Assembly (NCBI GenBank): GCA_964016885.1
Contig: OZ024743.1
Coordinates: forward strand, 45,632,001 to 45,696,000
Direction of reading: 5' to 3'
From: Eledone cirrhosa
Lineage: Eukaryota
DNA: 64,000 nucleotides
Part shown: piece by piece, positions 27,701 to 40,387 of the stretch
Numbering within the stretch: the stretch's first letter is position 1
How the letters are laid out: every line of letters starts with the position of its first letter
Notes under the pieces: model-generated
Database searches by the model: none
Told to the model about the DNA's origin: nothing
Seen by the model: the letters and a program-made list of their open reading frames with translations, nothing else
Position numbers and translations under genes: made by a program

Positions 27701-28673
27701 GCCAGCACGTGGGACTCCATTTGTTCATAATACAGAGAGATTGTGAGGCTGAGAGAGATGGAGGCGATGACAGTGGGAGTTCGGCTCTTCCATGTTCATA
27801 TTTTCTACTTTCTGCCTTACAAACTGAAAGACATCACACACACACACGGAAATTTACTTGATACCGCTCAACAAATATAGAATGTTTCGTGGTATTAGTT
27901 GTAGTTCCGGGACTTTCCATCCAGATCGCGCCAAAATCAGCTTTGCCTTTCATTCTTTCAAGTTCGGGAAATAAGATACAAGCGTCGATTCTTCCTTTGT
28001 CACTCTTTCTTACTTTCTATCTGTCGGCTTCTTCTCTCACTGAAATCAGCTATATTCAGACCTGAAGAGGGTTGGGCTCCACTAAATGGCCAAGACGTAA
28101 ACGTCTATACAACTTAAGGGGTGAGGACTGAATGGAGCCACCCTTAAATCATACCACATATGTGAATATATACAAAACACGTGTATTAAACCCATTTTTA
28201 AGCCCATATATATATATAGTTTCAGAAGATCCCGTTAAGGGTGAAAGCAGCGATTCTTTGCTTAAACTTTAATCTGTTATTTTAATAAATATATATATAC
28301 ATATATATATATATGAATAAAAAAGCTGTGTTGCTGCAATTAAGTATAATAAATGAAGAATTAGAAATAGAAGTTAGGAATATGCGTCATCAGTGGTCTA
28401 CTAGCCATCATAGGCATTTTTTCGCATTACAGACAATATAACTCCAGCTAGGGCGATATAATAACTAAAATAAGTTATTGGGATAAAAAGAGTTGGGTGG
28501 AGAAAGAGAGACATGTAAATAAACACGAATGGCGAGGCAACGTAAAGAGAGGATATATTATATATATATTATATATATATATATTAATAATAATAAATGT
28601 GAAGACTAAAATCCAAAGAGGGCTCGATAAGGATAAATATTTATCAAATATATAAGAACCCTAGAGCATGTTA

Positions 28674-28717
<44 letters not shown>

Positions 28718-28836
28718 ATGTATGTCTAATTTATCATGCAAAGTTACAATTATTATTTTCCAGCATATTGTCCACTGATTTAGTCATCTTTCCCCCAAGC
28801 AACGCCCGATATTATTGCTAGTATATATACATATAT

Positions 28837-29939
28837 AAACGAAAAAAATGAAACGAAATTTTATTTCTCACTCTTAGTACGGCTGTTACTTAAATATAAG
28901 TATGTATACGTACATACATATATGTATACAGACGTACAGTAGTATGTATATATATATATACATAAATGCACACACATATATACGTACGTATGGATTCACC
29001 GAACATTTATTATAATACTCGGTGTGTTTGTAAACAAACATCCCGAATTAAGCCGTACGGTGTCTAGCAACCATCGTTGCTCATTTCTTCAACCCTGACA
29101 AAGGAACGCTGTACTAGTTTCTAGCTTATTAGCTATCGTCAGCAACGTATACCATCCTGCCAGGTGGTTGAACGTCTGAAATTATAAACTTTCCTTATGC
29201 ATATTAACAGCTGAGCAGCCTAATTTGCATATCGAGTGAGTTAATCGGCCGGGGTACCGAAAACGATAAACGCAAAAAATGAAACGAAATTTCATTTCTC
29301 ACTCTTAGTACGGCTGTTACTTAAATAAAAGTATGTATACGTACATACATATATGTATACAGACGTACAGTAGTATGGTTGTTTACAAACACACCGAGCA
29401 TTATAATAAATGTTCGGTGAATCCATACGTACATATATATGTGTGCATGTATATATATATATATATATACATACTACTGTACGTCTGTATACATATATGT
29501 ATGTACGTATACATACTTATATTTAAGTAACAGCCGTACTAAGAGTGAGAAATGAAATTTCGTTTCATTTTTTGCGTTTATCGTTTTCGGTACCCCAGCC
29601 GATTAACTCACTCGATATGCAAATTAGGCTGCTCAGCTGTTAATATGCATAAGGAAAGTTTATAATTTCAGACGTTCAACCATCTGGCAGGAAGGTATAC
29701 GTTGCTGACGATAGCTAATAAGCTAGAAACTAGTACAGCGTTCCTTTGTCAGGGTTGAAGAAATGAGCAACGATGGTTGCTAGACACCGTACGGCTTAAT
29801 TCGGGATGTTTGTTTACAAACACACCGAGCATTATAATAAATGTTCGGTGAATCCATACGTACGTATATATGTGTGTGCATGTATGTATATATATATATA
29901 TACATACTACTGTACGTCTGTATACATATATGTATGTCC

Positions 29940-29941
<2 letters not shown>
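28837..29941. mobile_element. Tandem/inverted hammerhead element (~430-bp unit) in (TA)n
   Basis: 28838 repeats at 29268; inverted from about 29378. HHR 29699-29741: ACGTTG-CTGACGA-TAGCT aata AGCTA-GAAACTAGTA-CAGCGT. Confidence 0.85.
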
Positions 29942-30028
<87 letters not shown>

Positions 30029-30447
30029 TGTATATATATATATATACTAGCAATAATACCCGCCGTTGCTCGGGAGAAATATGACTAAATCAGTGGACAA
30101 TATGCTGTAAAATAATAATTGCAGTTTTGCATAAATAAATTTTAAGAAACACGTTTACGACTCTCTGTGTGTAGAGGATGTGTTTGTTTGTTTGTTTTTT
30201 CTTAACGTTTCGGACGTTTCTCCTTCACCAGAAAATAGAATGAGAAATCAAAGAAGAAATAGAAGATAGAGGAGAGTGGGAAGTGGCAGACACACACACA
30301 CACGTGCGCATATATATATATATATATATAATGTTATATTATTTATTTATGTTCATACACGAAACAAAAGCGATATCTATGATTTCGAGGCCTACAATTC
30401 AAGGCTCAATTATTCCCGATTGAGCACTATTTTCCTTTTCCTTATTC

Positions 30448-30513
<66 letters not shown>

Positions 30514-31621
30514 CTCTCTCACTTTATTTCTCTCTCACTCTCTCTCTCGAAATTCAGGATTCTCTAGATAAGTTTGAATGTTGACTTTATCTTTAGAACA
30601 GCATAGACCTGGTGTCTCTGCTGTTTACTTGTTGGCACAACAATGCTGGCAGCGCTTGTTCATTTTTTATATTGATTTGTAGATCGCTACTATAGACCTT
30701 TTGATAGTCATGAAGGAAAGCCAGTTTTTATTTCTTGTGGCTTGTGCAGTTCTGGCAATAGAACGAAGTGCTTGATCAGCATTTCGTCTAATTTGCCACT
30801 GTTACTCACAGTTCTCGTGTAGCAGTTGTCCTGTATCTTTAATCATCCAAACAGAACTCTCAGTCCACTAATAAGGCCTATGCTCATTTTAAAGTTGTTA
30901 GCAACCTGTAAGCAGCTAAACGGGTCTGTGAAGCATCTTCGCTTTCTTCAGATTGCTGTGCTTTCTTTGTCTTGTTTTCTGAAGTTGATATTACACACCA
31001 CACTCGCTTCGAAATAGAAGCAACTATAAAATATATTGGAAGTCTATTCAGTAATGTATTTGAAACAACCTATATATCTGAATGTCTGTGAGGTGTAGTT
31101 AGCTTTAGACATGTATAGAACATTTAGGGGTTTCATAATGCATTATTAAGTATATGACTAAAGAATTTGGATGTATATGTATTCTTAATTTTGAACAGTG
31201 GTATTACATTAAAGTGTTTACAATTATTGTATAGAGCCACCTGGAAATTCCCGAGTATATTATGAAAGTAAAAATATATTTCAGCACATACTGTCTTTCT
31301 CTTTTTTGCTTTTTCTCACGTCCTCTCTCTTCCATTCTCTCAACCTTTCAGTCCTTCTATAGAATGGAGAAAGATAATTCCTAAACAAAATAGCCAGCTT
31401 GTTTTTATATGAAACTGGGAAAATAAATGGAATTGAATAAATAGAAAATAAATACATTAAAATTCATGCTACTATTACTATTATAAGGAAAAGTAACAAT
31501 AATATATATTTTGTGTTGGTTTACGTTCTCTAATTTCTGAGTAGAACCCGGACACACACTGAGACATATAAAAATCCTTTATATTACAGAAGATATATAT
31601 TACAGAAGATATATATATCAA

Positions 31622-31741
<120 letters not shown>

Positions 31742-32110
31742 AGAAAATGTTATGATGTTATAACATAAGAAAAATCAGATGTTAAAATTCTTTAATGATA
31801 ATGCTGTGATACATATTTCAATGACGACAGTGGCCACACGGTTCGGTGTACCCAGTGCCGTGACGTCATCAGACAGCTTCTTACATAATAAGGTTACGTT
31901 CCCGAGGCAATCCAAATTGAATCGACAAGGGAACGGACAAAGCAGGTGTTCTTGATTCCTTCGCCCGTTCCCTTGTGAGTTCCAATTCACCCCAACCGGT
32001 TTGCGCAGGCGCAAGTTCAAAGGAAGTTGACCATCCACTATCCCAAAACTCTACGAAACTCGTCTAGGCAGGTCCCCCCCCCCCACCACCACATCAATGT
32101 TTACCCTAAG

Positions 32111-32213
<103 letters not shown>

Positions 32214-32499
32214 TTGCATATGCAGTAGTAAGAAACTAACAGGAGAGCTGGATAGCAGGTCTTCAAATATAATATATATATATATAATATATATATATAA
32301 TATATATATATATAATATATATATACAATAGATATATATATAATAATATATATAAATATAATATATATATATGAATATAATATATATATATATAGAGAGA
32401 GAGAGAGAATGTTTAAGTATCGAGAGAGAGAAAAAAGGAAAGATAGGCGATACATATATTTAGTTGCCAATAGTTTGTGCAGATGTTCTCAATACTTGT

Positions 32500-33449
32500 G
32501 CCGACATGGTTAAACATTAGAAGCGTCAATATTTAGTGGGCGAGAAAAAATAAACAGAGCGAATATAAAAGAAATGAATACAAAAGAAATGAATACAAGG
32601 AGTTTAAAACATGTTTATATAACAGTGCACCTACGTACGTTTCCCCCGGAATGGGCTTATCAGGGGCATAGAAAACAAAAAAATTATCAATACGCGACCC
32701 AGGAGGGGTTTCACGGTTAAATTAACATCAGAGTTAATTATTCGCCTACGTGCATGTGCTGTTATTATCGCAGAGCAAGGGGAGTAACTCTGGCCTGTGT
32801 TCAAACAATCTAGTCCCACTTTGTTTTTTATACCTGTTCATATGATGGTGTTTTGCATTTTTATATTATGGGGTGTTGTTTCACTAGTGCCAGTTCAAGT
32901 CGGGTCTGGGATGCACATTTATTATTTAGTGGGTGTTGCTTCACTAATGCTTGTTCGAGCAGGGTCTGCGATGTACATTTGGTACACAGATGTTTGTTTA
33001 TACCGCCTGCCCACCGGGGTGTTATGGTTAGGGCAGGGGGACCCAGTTTATAGTTTTCATGTCGCAGTCGCTTCCCAGGCAAAGTACGACGCCTGCACTC
33101 GGTGTCTACAATTTATGACTGATTCCGCTCGGCTGTTTATGAGCTCGTGTGGTGTCTTATGATGTAGTAAAGCTCCATGAGGCCGAGCTGGCATTTCCTC
33201 TTGAAGTTGTAGGGTGCAGACCTACCGACAATATCCCAGTGTGTGGAGAAGCTGATGTTGGCGTCCTGTAATGTGGTGACGTAGTTGGCAAGTGACGTGG
33301 AGTGCCTTAGTTTTTTGTTCCTGAAAGAGTGGAGATGTGTTTTAAATCTCGTTTTAAACTGACCAGAGGTGGCCCTATATAGTGTTTAACTCCATTATGG
33401 CTAGTTACGGTGCAGCTATAAACAACCTTATCAGTCAGGCAGTTTCCCC

Positions 33450-33450
<1 letters not shown>
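32500..33450 (-). mobile_element. Second Naiad-type PLE, 3' fragment (GIY-YIG plus pLTR)
   Basis: NCLTDKVVYSC...HYIG/TSGQFKTRFKTH...STSLANY...CQL...NCRH at 33080-33450. HHR-like CTGATAA...GAAACGTACGTA at 32626-32668. Confidence 0.8.

Positions 33451-33520
<70 letters not shown>
33450..33520. repeat. (GATA)n microsatellite
   Basis: Direct reading. Confidence 0.95.
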
Positions 33521-33521
<1 letters not shown>

Positions 33522-34134
33522 AAGTGAGTTTTTTTTAACAAAGAAAAATAACGAGGTGTCCTACACGAGTGAAAGTATAAGGAAAAAAGATGAAATCGAA
33601 AATACAACTGGAGTTGTTTTTTTTAAATATATATTTATTTGGTTCCTTTACCGGTTTCGCAGTTCTTCTGCTTTTCAAAAGTAGGATTGAGATGGAGGGT
33701 TTGTGGTATTTCTCACATCTGGTTGGTCTTTTAATGTTACTTCTGTTTTATATGGAAAAAAGTGGCTCGAAATGCCAGGTTTTTAGAGAAGTAATTTGGT
33801 TGGTTGGTTGGTGAATAAGTATAATAAATTTCGCGCCAGTTCGCGTTACAAAGTTCTTATTATATTTGCCGTCAAACAAAGGGTTGTTTTTTCATATATG
33901 AGTGAAGTTTGGTTGGTTGATGCAGTCATGTGAATAAGCACATCAGCTTTCGCGCCAGTTTGTGTTTTTACTTAAAAAAAGGTGGCTCACGACGCCTTTT
34001 TTTAAATAAATGTAATTTGATTGGTTATAAATGAAATTATGACTGTCACGTGAATAAGTACATTAAATTTCGCGCCCGTATTTTGGAATTTTTTTATAGC
34101 CATTTAGAGATTTTTGTGCCAAACAAAAGATAAT

Positions 34135-34317
34135 TGTTTCTACTTTTTGGCACAAGGCTAGCAATTATCCAGTGCATTACTGGTACTTTATTTTATCGAC
34201 CCCGTAAGGATGAAAGGCAAAGTTAACCTCGGCGGGATTCGAACTCAGAATGGCAAGGGCCGTAACTCTGTATCAAAGCATAGCGTCCGACCATCTACCG
34301 ATACTGCCAATCCACCG
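34135..34317 (-). mobile_element. SINE family A inserted in the Neptune pLTR
   Basis: TSD GCCAAACAAAAGATAAT on both sides. Confidence 0.9.
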
Positions 34318-35127
34318 CCAAACAAAAGATAATGGTCAAGAAAAAGGGATGGAGAGAGTTGTTCTGAGTATGACTGATGTGCTGAAATGTAATTTGATTG
34401 GTTATAAATGAAATTATGACTGTCACGTGAACAAGTACATTAAGTTTCGCGCCCGTATTTGGGAATTTATTTTGTAGTCTTTTAGAGAATGTTGTGCCAA
34501 ACAAAAGATAATGTTAAGAAAAAAATGGGATGAGGAGAAATGTTCTGGTTCAGTGAACATGGCTGGTGAGCTGGGGTGTCAGAATTCAGACTTTCTATTG
34601 AAATAAAGAAAGTAGAGATATGTATGTTTATTTGTGTGCTTGTGTGTGGGGAGGAGGGAGATAATTATATTAGGAGAAATGGGGGAGGGAGTTGTGTGTG
34701 TGTATGGGTGTTATGTGTGTGTGGGAGTATGGTTAGCATGTTAAGATGGAGAGAATATATATATTTTGTGTGTGTAGGAAAATGATTCTAGTAGTAGAAA
34801 TGGGGGAGGGAGTTGTGTGTGTGTATGAGTGTTATGTGTGTGTGTATAGGTGTTGTGTGTGTTGGAGTATGGTTGGCATGTTAAGATGGAGAGAATATAT
34901 ATATTTTTTGTATGTGTGTGTGTGTAGGAAAACGATTCCGTTAGTAGAAATGGGGGAGGGAGTTATGTGTGTGTGGGGGGGGGGGGGTTAGCACGTTAAG
35001 GTGTTAGAGTATTAACGTATGTTAAGGTTTATTTAGTTCTGGTTTTTATTTTCTAAAGTAGGTGTTATGTGTGTGTGTATGTGTCTGTTTGGATGGTTAG
35101 CATGTTATGGTGTTGACATAATGTATA

Positions 35128-36345
35128 TTAAACTATATTTAATGCTGGTCTATATTTTTGAATAAACATATTTTCCTTATTTATTCGTATCTGTTCTGTT
35201 GTATTGTCAGCGCAAAGATAAAATGGGAAGACTTGGAATTTGGGTGTCTTATTACTTGCGCATATGTCTAGATATGCACTTAGTGGTATCTGTCTCGTGG
35301 TTGGATCTCGTAATTGTTGGCGATGAACTGTCATTCTGTTTCTGAGTATGAGTTTAGTTTGTCCTATATAATCTTCATTGCATCCTTTACATTTAATGGC
35401 ATAAATTAGATTTTTTGATGAGCAAGTGGAGTGATTTTTTACAGCAAAATTTTGTCCTGACTGAAATGTATACGTGTTGCCTTCAATGAGGTGAATGCAG
35501 GTTCCACAATTAGAGCGACCACATCTTTTGACAGTTGGTTGTCGGTTTGTGGTAGGTAATTTGGCATTGGTGAGTAATGTATTTAGTGATTTCGGTTGTC
35601 TTTTGCTTTTGATTATTTTGTGTTTCAAGGGCTGTTTTCATTCTTGGGTCTTGTTTCAATAGTGAAATATTCTTGTGAAAAGTGTTGTAAGCTTCCGCAT
35701 TTCTTGGGTTGTGTGTTGAGATATATGATAGAATATTGGAAGTACCTTGAATTTGTTTCTGTTTTCATAATTCACCAATGCCTATTGCTTTAGCCCTTTC
35801 TATTCCATCATTTATTAGTAATGGTGGATACTGTCTTTCGAGTAGAATTTCCTTTAATTCTTGAAGTCTTTTATTTCGCGTTTCATAATTGGAGACAATT
35901 GTGCAAATTCTTCTTGCTAGGTTAAAAGGGATGTTCGTCTTCGTGTCCTTTGGGTGGTTGGAGGGGAATAGCAGGTATTGTTTGGAATCTGTTGGTTTGT
36001 AGTGTATGTCAGTTTCAATATATGTGTCTTTTTTTAAGATTATGATGTCCAGAAATGGGAGTTGATCTTGGTTGTATTCCATTGTGAATTGGATGTGGTT
36101 ATTGATGCCGTTAATTAAATTTTTGAAATCATTTAGTTGGTCGAGTGTGTGAGACCAAAGAATGAGACAATAATCCAAATAGCGTTTCCAATTCTCTGAT
36201 AAATATTTGTGGAAGTTCAATCCGTATTTTGATTTGGACTGTTCATATATCTGGACTTCCAAGTATGCCATGACTAAGTTGGCATAAGTTGGAGCGGCTT
36301 TTGTACGCATCGCAGTCCCCGATATTTGCTTGTAAGTACTGCCAT
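35128..36345 (-). pseudogene. Neptune-type PLE RT-GIY-YIG, frameshifted
   Basis: ORFs 35765-36310 and 35128-35628 (NLIYAIKC..C..DYIGQT...R...H); catalytic YLDD reads YLDY. Confidence 0.85.
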
Positions 36346-36628
36346 CGAAATCAAAATAGTTGTTCTGTAAAATAAATTGTAATATATATATATATATTTA
36401 TATATATATATATTTATATATATAACGAAGGAAATGTGGTAAGGAACCAGGTGGACCATAACGCACCAAAGTACTCAATACTTAGGGTAGTAGAGTGGGT
36501 AATAGGAACGAGTAGGACCCCGACGGCTGAGCTCAAGCCGTTTCGACGGCTAATTCTGGACTAAAAAGTTTTTTAGTCCAGAATTACCCGTCGAAACGGC
36601 TTGAGCTCAGCCGTCGGGGTCCTACTCG

Positions 36629-36734
<106 letters not shown>

Positions 36735-37477
36735 TATTTACTTATGTATATTTATATATATATATAGGTATATATATACATATACATATATATATATATA
36801 TATATATACATACATACATGGTGGCTGCCAACTCGTTTTCGAGTACGGCCACTACTTTATATCCATGTAGGAGAACCCCTACCGATGCGCTGAACGAGTG
36901 TGGCTTTGTAGTCCAGCCAGCGACTTGAAAACTCTGGTACAAACACTACACTTGTGACAATTATTGACACATAGTGCTGGGCCCATGGTACCTTGTGACG
37001 ACAAGTACAGAGAGATCTCCAGATATAAAGCAATGCCTGTGCCGTGAAGCTTTTATAGTGAGGAAAGGCACTGCACAAAGCCAGTCCCACTCTCTTAACC
37101 AAGATGATATTTACCAAAAAGAAGAACAAGTCAACATCATTGGATACCATCAGGGTTGCAGGTGTTATATCAGAGTTTTCCTTCTCCTAGAATTCTGCCT
37201 TGACAAAGGCTAAGGGGTCATCTCTCCCGGTGATTTATATATCTACATATATATACAAATATATATACATACATACATACATACATACATACATACATAC
37301 ATGGTGGCTGCCAACTCGTTTTCAAGTACGGCCACTACTTTATATCCATGTCGGAGAACCCCTACCGATGCGCTGAACGAGTGTGGCTTCTTAGTCCAGC
37401 CAGCGACTTGAAAACTCTGGTACAAACACTACACTTGTGACAATTATTGACACAGTGCTGGGCCCATGGTACCATGT

Positions 37478-37776
37478 GACGTTGTGTAATTGTGTGTAAT
37501 ATAGCGTTACAAACGTCATAAACACATTGACGTTGTGTAATTATGTGTTAAGTAGCGTTACAAACGTCATAAACCACACTGACGTTGTGTAATTGTGTGT
37601 AAAGTAGCGTTACAAACGTCATAAACACACTGACGTTGTGTAATTGTGTGTAAAGTAGCGTTACAAACGTCACAAACACACTGACGTGTAATTGTGTGTA
37701 AAGTAGCGTTACAAACGTCACAAACACACTGACGTGTAATTGTGTGTAAAGTAGCGTTACAAACGTCATAAACCAC
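37478..37776. repeat. 48-51 bp minisatellite, about 6 units
   Basis: GACG(TTG)TGTAATTGTGTGTAAAGTAGCGTTACAAACGTCATAAACACACT. Confidence 0.95.
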
Positions 37777-37888
37777 GGTGGCTTCTGCCACTCTCTCACT
37801 TTTCTTTTGCAAATCTCAACATTTTCTCTCTCTTTCACACTCTCTCTCTATCTCTTCATGTTTAACTCTCTCTTCTCCTCTCCCCCAC

Positions 37889-37929
<41 letters not shown>

Positions 37930-38595
37930 GATGTTTAACTCTCTCTTCTCCTCTCCCCACCTCTCTCTCTCTTTCTTGATGTTTAACTCTCTCGTCTCCT
38001 CTCCCCCACCTCTCTCTCTCTCTCTTTCTCTCTCTCCTCTCTCTATCTATCTATCTATCTATCTCTCACTCTCTCTCTATATCTATCTATCTCAGTCTCT
38101 CTCTCTCCTCTCTCTCTCTATCTATCTCAGTCTCTCTCTCTCTCCTCTCTCTCTCTCTCTATCTATATATCTATCTCTCACTCCTCTCTCTCTCTATTTC
38201 TCTCTCTCTCTCTTTCTCTCTCTCATTCTCTACAGAAACTAAACGGCCAGATTGTTCGATATGCATAAAGAAATATATACAATTGAATTTAAATACATTG
38301 CTTGCTTTTTAAAGCAAAATATTATTGTCCAGTAATGTAATGAAGATATATATATATATATATATAAATGTGTGTGTGTGTGGGGGTGTAGTTTTGTGGA
38401 TGTCGGTTCTCTAATTTCTGGGTGATATATATATAGAGAGAGAGGTAGAAAACTGGAAGGTAATATCCGTAGTGGTAGAGTACTCAATCCATGGGACGTG
38501 TTTGGTAGAAGTAGTAACAGAACAGTTAGTTCACGGAAACAATTATTTCACCTGATGCGGATTGAAGATCCGCATAAGGTGAAACAATTGTTCTT

Positions 38596-38670
<75 letters not shown>

Positions 38671-38684
38671 GTGTGTGTGTGTGT

Positions 38685-38793
<109 letters not shown>

Positions 38794-39054
38794 CGTGTGT
38801 GTGTTCGTGTGTGTGTGTACTTATATATATATATATTTCTCTGGAAGAAATTGGTTGTGTTCAGACCTAGAGAAATGTGGGTTTTCAAGGTTTAAATACC
38901 TTACATCTCTACCGGGATGGCTCAATAAGTCATTAATTCTTTAGAAATAGGCATATTGAACTATCTCGTTTAAATTCCCAACTTACATATTTTCCTAAAA
39001 CCTATGTAATGCTATTTGAATTTTCATCCAACGTAAATCGAAACCACTTTTTAA

Positions 39055-39275
39055 CCCTTTAGCATTTAAACCGGGTATATCCGGCCAGAAGTCTCTCACC
39101 TTTTTCTGTTCAAACCGGTCATAACTAGTGACTCATACTAATATAAAGGTATTGTTCTCAAAATAAATAATATCAAAATCCCATAGATTCCATATTATGT
39201 GGGATAATTATGTGAGATAAAGCATTTAACATAAAAATACAATAGTATATATAAAGTAATGTAAATGCTAAAGGG
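39055..39275. mobile_element. piggyBac-type MITE
   Basis: TTAA-CCCTTTAGCATTTA ... TAAATGCTAAAGGG-TTAA. Confidence 0.9.
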
Positions 39276-39419
39276 TTAAACGACAATGATCACTCAGTTG
39301 TTCGATCAACTGAACGGCAAATTCGTGTGTTAACGTTTACTTTTAATATAATTCCTAAGTTGAATCAGTGTGACGCAATATGTGACAAAGCTGAACATTT
39401 GAATTACAGATACAATTCA

Positions 39420-39587
39420 TTTGGTGGGCTTCTGCACAGTTTCCATCTACCCAATTTCACTCACAAATCTTGGGTTGAGTGGTTGAGCTTATAAAGAAAG
39501 TCATTTTCCCAAGATGCCATATAGTGGGATCGAACCCAAGACTTCATGATTGAGAAGTGAACTTCTTAAGCACTCAGCCATGCCTGC
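39420..39587 (-). mobile_element. tRNA-derived SINE (third family), decayed
   Basis: Minus strand GCAGGCATGGCTGAGTG...GGTTCGATCCCAC...CTTGGG. Confidence 0.65.
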
Positions 39588-40283
39588 TTGCATATCTTTT
39601 CATAAAACTCTCGGTAGACATTCAATGCAGTGCTCCATCATGGCCTAAACCGTCAAGTAAGGAATCAAAAATCTAAATAACCATAAAAACATAACAGATA
39701 TATTTTTCTAATATTCCAAATAAATATTAAAAGAAATCTATTTTGTATTATTCGCCGCAGGCTGAAAGCCATCAATAATATCGAAGATAAAAGAGGAAGT
39801 TAGCAAATGGAAAATAATTTTCAAGATTACACAAAGTATTTATTATGCGTTGATTGTTATTCTCTATCAATGATAACTAATTTCTGGGGGTTTTTTTGTG
39901 TTGGGGTATCTTCTTCTGAAAGAAGCATATCTTTATATCTGTTATATCTGATAACCTCTTGAATCATTCTTTTTATGCAAATAAAGCAGGAAATAAGAAA
40001 GGAAATAATTGTGTATACCTCTCCCCCCTAACAACACTCCCTCTATCACCAGCAGTCTCCCCACTCCCGTCATCCAATATCTAAGAAGATAATATGCCAA
40101 TGTTTTAGAGACTGTTTATGCCTTGTATTGCATTGTCTTTGTTCTTCCCATATTTCTATATCAAAATCTACCAAAATATAGAGTTCAAATATTTTAGAAT
40201 AGTAATAATTTAAGGTGGGGGGGATATCAGGGTACGTTTTTTCGGTCACATATGTACGCATTAACATCATTATAATCAGTATA

Positions 40284-40387
<104 letters not shown>

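Larger units (their letters stand above)
33521..36380 (-). mobile_element. Neptune-type Penelope-like element, 5'-truncated
   Basis: RT (GTAMRTKAAPTYANL, WKRYLDY, LPFLDI) and GIY-YIG with a CxxxxCxxC linker; long 3' UTR/pLTR with a hammerhead at 33644-33683. Confidence 0.88.

Noticed and set aside
28050-28260. Hammerhead-like CTGAAGA/CAGAAGA motifs
   Set aside because: GAAA box or stems too degenerate to call; possibly decayed copies.
30560-31020. Possible coding exon or transposase relic
   Set aside because: No sustained reading frame or recognisable motif.
37478-37776. CRISPR-like array
   Set aside because: Head-to-tail units with no unique spacers, in a eukaryotic context.
38440-38600. 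CTGATGCG...GAAAC as a complete hammerhead
   Set aside because: CTGATG is part of a short inverted arm; at most a decayed mini foldback.
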